64,000 nt of DNA from Bispira polyomma (taxonomy: Eukaryota): the NCBI GenBank assembly GCA_965649765.1, contig OZ287753.1, forward strand, positions 19,220,001 through 19,284,000. Direction: 5' to 3'. The position numbers and the translations under genes are program-made. Positions within the stretch are counted from its first letter, which is position 1, and the number at the start of each line of letters is the position of its first letter. The notes under the pieces are model-generated. The model searched no databases. It was not told the origin of the DNA and saw only the letters and a list, made by a program, of their open reading frames with translations. Of the stretch, positions 52,501-61,500 are shown piece after piece.

Positions 52501-55500
52501 GTAGAACCTCTATTATCCAAACTTGTTGGGAGAGCAAGATTTGTTCAGATAATAGAAGGTTTAATAGGAGAGACATTTGAGGGATAACTTTTCATTTTTT
52601 GCACGATTAGAGACATAGTAACACGAAGGCAAAGCCTAAGTGTTTCTAAGCTACAAATTGGTAAAAATTACTGTAAAGCATGCTTTGGAATGTGTTATCC
52701 CTATTTTAACATGACAAATGAACAATATTACCTGATTCCAGCTGTTTTTACTTTAAAATTACGTTGTTAAAGGAACTATTATATCCATTTGGGCATCAAC
52801 TACACTGCAGACGAAATTCGTCTACTTCCGTTCATGTATATACGGTTATTTATAAAATAGCGTTGAGCCAATCAGAATTGCTGATACAGCTGTGTCATGT
52901 TAGAATTTAGTATATACATGTATAACAAAAGCCTGGCACATGCAAAAGTACTTGAGACATGTTTAAAAGAATTAAATAATGTCCATGATTTGCAGTCAAA
53001 CACATAGCAAAATCTGGTCTAGAACAACAAAATAAGATTTCATGAACTTTGTGATAGCTGAATTCACTAAAACACACACCACAGATCACTTCCGGCATTA
53101 AATACCAGACTCAGGTATCATTTTCACACAGGGAAGTCTGGTGTACTAACAATCTCCTATTGCAAGGAACTGAAGGGCAACAAAATAATATTTTAGAGTG
53201 TTGACTGTTTGCTGACAGACATTGGTTCTGGGAGTAACAATTTACATCAACTGCTTGCCCTTAAAGTATGAGTAGATCATGATACATAAATCGCCTATAC
53301 ATCCATCTGCAGCAGTAAAAGTAAATAATACCACACAAAAAATATATTTGATTTAAGTGAGGTAAAATAACTTTTATATCCAACAACACAGCAAACCACT
53401 GCAATTAAAACATTCTGTGAGAAAAGGCAGGATAAAAACAGAGATAAACTATTATGAAGTATTTGTAAATATAAATACATCATTCCAGTGTCTGCAACAT
53501 TTGGTACAATTCTCAGTGAAAACTTGCTTAAATATTAAACTTTATTAAAGATTTTTTTTGCAGTTCCAATGCAATTATTATACCAATAGCCAATCAACTA
53601 TAGCCGTGCAATTTTACAAGATGCCAAGTCTTTAAAAATCTAAACTGGAGGAACAATAAAAGTACAAACACACACACATAAAATCAAAACCACACAACAC
53701 TCTCAAAGTAACCCAAATATCAAAAAAAAATACCTTCTGCGGATACTGTGAAAAATAAAATTAAAAAAACATTTTTAGAAACATAATTAAAGAAAAAGCC
53801 AAACAAAAGCATAGTAATTATAACTTGATTATAAATTAATTAGATATTATTAACCATCCAACTGAAAGGAACTGTCCGTGGCGCTATTTGGCTATGTAAT
53901 TAAGTGGTACTTGTTTGGTGATCAAAAGTTTCCTTTAGAATATAATCTTTGTGAGAAGTCGTACTGTTTCAAAAACAAGGGTTCCCTTAAATACTTTATA
54001 TCCTGTAAGGATGTGTTAATGTTTAAATACAAGCTTTAATTAATACAGATCCATGTTTTAGTGAGTAAATGAGGCAAAGCTTTTAAGTAACAACGTAAAA
54101 ACTAAGAAAATGTAACACATTTAAAGTGAAATTTGTGATTATAGATCCGATTGTTACATGGGTCAAATCTTTCTGATAATAAAATATGTTAGGATGAACA
54201 AAATGCACCTAAAATGTACAATTTGTTTCTTATAGACGATTAGGTGATAGTATTGCACTGCATAGCGACATTCTAAGCATCTTTGTTAATGCAGTTGTTA
54301 GTATCATTCAAAATGGAAAGAAAGCATCAAATATGCGTATGGTTCTTCTGTCTGTGTTAATATTTAAAATGCTATAGTTAGCGTCTAGTTTTAAAACGAA
54401 GGCTACTGCACAGTATACACAATATTCATGAATATATATAATTACCGTCTCTTTCATCTACACAACACAGGGTATACATAAATATCAACAACATAACCAA
54501 GCAGTAAATAAAACACAAGCTAAATACCCCTATCTCAAGTAAACTGGAGATAAAACATGTCCACTTGAGATGATAATTATAAATATGAACAAAAATAGAT
54601 ATATATATATATTATCCAAAGATTATAACAATTTTTGTTATATATTTACCCATTTAGTTAATGGCTAATGAGTGACATTTCCAAAAAGAAAATATTTTAA
54701 GTTAACATTATGCTATTAATCTACACAAACGTCCATTGCAGCTACATTTTGATAACTGGTAACATAATAGCTTCTTTTCACTTTTTGGCAATTTCAAAGT
54801 AACAAAATAAGATTCTGTTTATTAACTGAAAATAACAGCATTAAAAAACTAAAACAACAGTCCTAAAATACAAAGAACACTGATTATAAGTTAACTGGCA
54901 ATTAGAGCAGCTATCAAAAATGCTACATTTATCAACACCCTAGCATTATATAAAGTTTACCATGCTATTTACATCTGGTTTTATTAGTAAAATCATAGCA
55001 TTTACTGCCATTTAAGCAGCATGTGTTATATTTGTAAGACCTCTTGAAGATTATGTACCACCATCACTGTACTTAATTTCATACTGATAATTTGAATACC
55101 TTAAGTTTCAGCCTTAACATTTCCAGTTCACTAAAGTGGAAAAACATTTTTACTAAAACGCTAAACAAAATTGTTACTTAAAGTCTAAACATTAAAATGA
55201 ATCCATATATTTACTTACACAAACATGTATAAGGGTTGAGACTCTACTGGGTGGGAGTAAACATATAATACATGTATACGTATTCAAATGCTATTTGTTC
55301 TAACAGAAGAAGAAACAGCAATTTGTTGAGACCATGTAGCTAAAGGGGAAGGGGACATGTATCCAAAATGCATCTAACATTTATTTTAGGTTTATATTCA
55401 CAGCTGAACAAACATTTACACAGTTAAGTTTGCCTTAAATCTGCAGACTCGGTAACATATGAAAATAAAATAAAATACGGTCATAACGTATTAAAAGTAC

Positions 55501-58500
55501 TTTGTTAATAGAGTTTAAACATTTAAAGGAGTAAGAACAGAAAATATAGGGTTAAAATTTGAACGTGTGCGTTAAATTTACATATTAAAATCATTTTAAC
55601 AAAACTTCTGTGCAATGTACGGAAATCAACAGATTGTGTGCTAGTTTAGGAATGTATAAATATACATAAGTTTGTCCAACTGTGAGTAAAATAACAGCGA
55701 AGTATTTATAAAAGATTCCAAGATCATTGTTCACTCGTCAACTGTACAAGAACAACATGTCAACTGATATGGCCTGAAGTATTGGACTTTGTGACTTTCT
55801 GTGACTTTCAAAGTCAATGGTTCACCTTAAGTGAGGAAACTACCCTGCATAATTACATCTTAACGGATGATATTGGTTTCAAATTATAAGGGCCTCTGAC
55901 AAACTCTTACTCTAACATCTGTCAGAATATTAATTAAAGGTCAAAGTCACTTCTCCAAATCACTGTTTAGTCCAGAAATAGTTCCTTAGATATGCACTGA
56001 TAACATGTTTAAAGTCAAAGTAAACTTTCAAGATCCTACATAAAACTAAGGTCATACATCCATTGCACAACTACCTTATTTTATATTTCTACCATTTCAG
56101 TTAGTATTTCTACCAAAGCATAAAGTTCTTATCTGACATATTTGCAGGTGTGGGTGTTTTAAGTTCAAGGTCAACATCCTGATGCAAACAGTCAAATTGG
56201 GTCAAACTACAAATACACTGTATTTAATTTTGAGAAAAATCCCTCATTATTTATTATTGACAGTTTGACGTTTTGCTTCTACTATAACAGCTTGACATGT
56301 AAAATATGTGTATGGAGCCTGCCACTCAATTCAATTACTCTATATGTTGTTTACTATACTGCCTCTGGTTATAATTCGGCCTTCAGTTGTAAATCGGCCG
56401 TCACATTTTAAATGGTAATTATTGACAATCTTGGTACAAAATTGACCATAGGATTCAAGTAAAACAATTACAATAATATTATTCAAGGAAGTAAAATATT
56501 GTTAGGCCAATACATTAAATTAATTTGAAGTTATAAGACATTTATTGTATGGTGGCCGATTTATAACAGGTGGCCGATTTATGACCACAAGCAGTATAGA
56601 TTTCATACAGCATTCTGGGCAGGTTCTAAACACTGCTAGTGAGAAATAAGTACTGCTTTCAAACTTGGAATCTTTCTAAATATTTAAAAACAGAAATGTG
56701 CACAGGGATGTAAACAACCAGCTGATGGAGGTACCTGGTCAATTTCCTATGGTCAAAACAGATGTAGAAACAAACATTAGGCTTAGATATATATGCTGAT
56801 ATATACAGATATATATGTATATGTACAAAATATGCTATTGTTGTCAAAATGTAATCTGCAGTCAAACCCCTCTAAGTAAAACTCTGTTAAGTCTATTGCT
56901 TTTTTTTGGAGAAAAGTTTGTAGTCTCACAAAAGCCTCCTCTTTAAAAATATACCCTGTTAACGGTGGAAATCCTGCTTAAGTAGAGCTATTTCTCCTGG
57001 TCCCTTGATGTTTGACTTAAAGGGGTTCAACTGTATATCGAGTTTTTAGGATGTGACCTTGTGATAATGGTCTCAATTTAACGAGGTAATGACACACACA
57101 AAAGTACATACAGCTATTATAAACAGACTCTGCAATATTGGTCTTTGAAATAAACATAATCGCATTCATCATTATGTAACATAGTTCAAATGCATATCCT
57201 CGACAATAGATCAAATGAAAATACATGTATATTATTTGTTGTAGGAGTTTTATGTAACAACCATATCACTATGACATGAGGTGGTTGGGGTAATTGTGAA
57301 GCCTAACCAATTGCAGACCACGTTTGAGATGACCCAGACCCAAGACTAACCAGTTTAAAGAGGAATGTTGAAGCTGATACAAACAACATATTATATAAAC
57401 AAATCAAAGAACTGATAATTGACAAATATCAAGGAGAACATCGGAAGTATTGAGTAGAATGTATATCTATTTAGGGTTTGTAATTCTTATAAGTAATTTA
57501 TCCTTTTACAATGGCAGCCACTTCTAAATGGAATAGACTTCCTCCTGAACCCTAGCCTACCCCTCTAATGGTGGTTTTATGGCCCAACATTCATTGTTTA
57601 TCAGACTCTTATAATAAGAGCTTTAGATCATTACTTGGGTATTCTTCATACTGCAGTGGCTCGTATATGTTAGTTGTGTCAGGTTACTAAGGAGAATTTG
57701 AAATTGTAATACATGTAAAAAGCTTATTAGAAACTATACTGCTTCAGTTATATGAATACGTTTTTAAAGTTATTTGCTCTTTGAGAAGGAAGAATATATG
57801 TAACATACTTAATATCTCTGTTATTGTAGATGTAACCCTTTTTTTACTTTATATACATTTTAATTTTACTAATTGTACATTATTTATATGGACCTTAACT
57901 TTGTGTCTGAAATAAAGTTTACATGATCCATCTATCTATTGGATACAGACTGGACAATGCCATAGGACTAATTGTTTTCTGGTTATGGCTCTGGAGACTA
58001 TTTATAGAGTATTAGGTGCTATAAATAGAAGCTACTATACATTACATAACAAATAGAAGTTGCACTCACAGTGATGTTGTAGTAGACAACTCCACCTGCC
58101 CCAGAGTCAGGATCAAAGGTGTTCACCTGGTACACAGTCGTACCAATTAGTGCATCCTGGAGAAACAGAAGATACAGTAGAATCTCTATTATCTTATTGT
58201 CATGAATTTAACATCATGCTACTGTAAAACCAGTAGTAAACAAAATAGAAAAACTGAAAGGATGAAAAATTACCATATACTTTCTATCAATTTGCAATGT
58301 GTTAGTACTACTTGTAGAATTAAAAATGATTATATATGAGGGAGTTTTAAAATGCCAGGAAGCCACCGAGAGATGTTATAGTGACTCTATAGCTAGCCAG
58401 CGCCGTATTCAAAAACATTCTTAAAAAGGAATTCTTAGAATTTTTTAGTCTACACCAATCAGGTTATTTGAAACAATATTTTCAGCCAATCAAATTGATT

Positions 58501-61500
58501 AAGACAAAAATATGCCAATTAAACCCTTTGTAAATACTAGCCATGGAACCTTGTAGCCGGTGTAATAGTATGAGCATATTGTGTGATAGCTTCAGCTACA
58601 TGTATCACAATTAAAGTACCCAGCATCTCTACTATGTACAAGGTCCACATATACTTTCGCTGTTTTGTTCGCACAAAGACAGACATTTAGACATAGCATT
58701 TTAACCCAAGATCTTTGGGGACCTTGAAACGTAACAATCAATATCGTAGGGAAAATATGTTGCAATAGTGATTGTGATGTCATTTTCTGTGTTGGTATCG
58801 CTAAGTTATGTTTCTAAAAATCGTTCCAAATTCATCACACTTGGTCATACTATGTCATAACGCAACACAACGTCACAAACAAGTAATTATAAGTGCATGG
58901 CATGCATCAACACTTTCCTAAGTTTGTTAAACGGCTCACTAATGTAGTAAATACTGCTAGATAATGCTAGAAATAAGCAGTTCTGACCCAAATATTTCTA
59001 ACAGTTTAAAATAATTGCGACAGGGGACTAAATGTAGATGATTCTGTAACAAAATATAACTTAACGAAACAAACACACATGGAATACTGACTATGAGATA
59101 CTTTATGTCGAGTTTTCAAACGTTGTACAGTCATGGCTCTTAAAAGGAGAGGTGTGACCGTTACATTACTCACATTACTAGCCAGGTGTTAGAACACAAA
59201 CTGCTGCATCTTTTAAAAGTTACTATATGTGTATATATTTTATATTGTGCACTCCATGAGCTGCATATTGCAAAAATATGCCCAGTGCTGTCATAAATTT
59301 GGAACTTCAAAAAAGATCTATTAGTACAATGCACTTTTCTCACCTCTGGAATTTCAGCACGATATGGCAAGTTAATGAAGGTTGGGTGGTTGTCATTGAC
59401 ATCAACTATTATGATTTTAAACGTTCGCCTGACTGCCTGGTTTTTGCTGTCATCTACTTCTATTGTGACATCATAACTTTCAACATCCTGAAAATAGAGT
59501 TTTTGGTTTAAATAAGTTAAATAAAAATAAAAGAGGCATTTTAGTGAAAAACAGTCTAAAACATACAAAATGTTGAAGAGTGAAGATCAGTTCATAAAAC
59601 AACATGAATTACTTAATTTTACACGGGTAAATCACATGATATTATTATGACCCCATAATAATATTATGTAATTTCAGTACCAAATTATAGAAATTAAATT
59701 ACAATGAAAAAAACGACTTAAGTTAAGGTAAGACTAACTGAAAAATAATTTAAAATAAAGTTAGTGACCTAAGGTTACCTTATGACTTTTCTCCTTTAAC
59801 ACTTTTTCAATAATATTGACATAGTTTTACTTTTCATAAGCTGTTACTCTTTTTCGCAAATGTGCCCCAGTAGCTGCTACTCTACTTGAAAATGGATTCA
59901 AAGTTTACTTAAAACAAAGCATTAACAAGACCAAAACTAAGAAATTACTGAAACTTACAGACAATAAATGTTTTACATCAGCTGATCTTTTTTCCCGAAG
60001 CATCTGGCCAAGGCAGCCATCTTGTTTTTTTCAAAATGAGACTTTTGTCTTAAGTTTTGTCTCATAAAAGTTTTTGTTTAGCCCATTTTGTGAATCCCAA
60101 CTTAAGACAAATTTTAGCTGAGACAAAGTCTTAAGTTTAAAACTGGTCTGAAGCACAAATTTAGAACATAAAGGGTAAAGGGGCACTAGGGTAAGGGTGC
60201 CAGGTAAGAGGGCCTCATCACACAAATACATTAATCCCAGTTGGGGTAGAGGGTTGGTAAGGACCAAATATAGTACAGTTCTTGACATCTGCGTCTCTCT
60301 GTACTATTTGCCTCATTATCCAAGCCTAACCAATAAACAATACTGAACTCCATATTTTTGGCAGAGTGTTGTCTCTGACTAAAGTGCCTGAAAACTGGGG
60401 TGGACTTTTGATGGGTTTGGGGGAGCCACAAGTTTTTGTACAGCTTCTTCCAGTAGGCTCAGAGTATGATGACTCAATCTGTTGCCAGGTATACGAGTAC
60501 CTGGCTCTGGAGTATTGAATGTTGAACTTTATCCCACTTATAGGTGGTTAAGTGCTGGGATGGAGCTGTGTCACTTGCACTCATGGTTATATACCCAAGT
60601 GAATAATATAAAAGTTTGTTTGAACTTGGTGCAGGTGACAGGAGTAATCTGACTGCCTTATATATTAATATTGGTTAATATATTTGGAACTCCTATGGGT
60701 ATTCTCATCAGAGGCTGATCCGGCGGAGCAATTGAGCTGAGTAGAGCTCAATTCAGCTCTACTCAGCTCAATTGCTCTGCCGGATCAGGCGGAGTTGGGC
60801 GGAGTTCATTTTACCACCTTAAGGCAAAAAAGGTGATTCTAATACAGCCTCTGATGAGAATACCCATAGGAGTTCGAAATATATTAACCAATATTAATAT
60901 ATAAGGCAGTCAGATTACTCCTGTCACCTGCACCAAGTTCAAACAAACTTTTATACAAATTTAGAACATGTTGTGAATCTTACCCTGGAAGAGTTAGTAC
61001 ACTTGCCATTATCTAGATAGGTCACAGGGCATGATGGCCAAATATCCCCACCTAGGGACCAGTAATACATCTCAACCACAATCACAGTGATTAATAACCC
61101 TAGTTCTATGGAAGACGGTGGTTTAGAACCAGGAACCTAAGGCACCTAATCACCTAGCAGAGGGCGATGGGTCCAGCCCCATAAAGCCTAGCATCCTCAA
61201 CATATGGGTCAGAGGCGGTTGGAGGGACTAGACCCACCCTCCACTTGGTCCTGGGTTCAAGCAGTAAACCAGGTAAGTTACTGTTAGTGACCACAGCAAG
61301 TCAGAAGTCCAGCAATCAAAGGAAGTTAAAGTAAGCAAGTACCTACCATTAAGTAACCTCAGCACCATGAAAAAGGTAACAGCAGAGAGCATCAATTAGC
61401 ACACTTTGGAGTCACACTCACCTCTTTATCATAAATGATTTCAGACTTTATAGCCTGCACTTTCTTGTCACTAGTAGGGTCCAAGGATACAATACCCTGA

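Larger units (their letters stand above)
60170..60954 (-). mobile_element. Internally deleted Penelope-like element with inverted pLTR arms
   Basis: 15-bp direct repeat ACAAATTTAGAACAT at 60155-60169 and 60955-60969; GIY-YIG C-terminal remnant TPVFRHF...ELYYIWSLPTLYPN; 111-bp inverted repeat 60607-60717 / 60845-60955. Confidence 0.8.

Noticed and set aside
55280-55299. Strong acceptor with upstream TGC as a fourth microexon
   Set aside because: In-frame TAG and a 20-nt length to the nearest GT; no frame-preserving exon.
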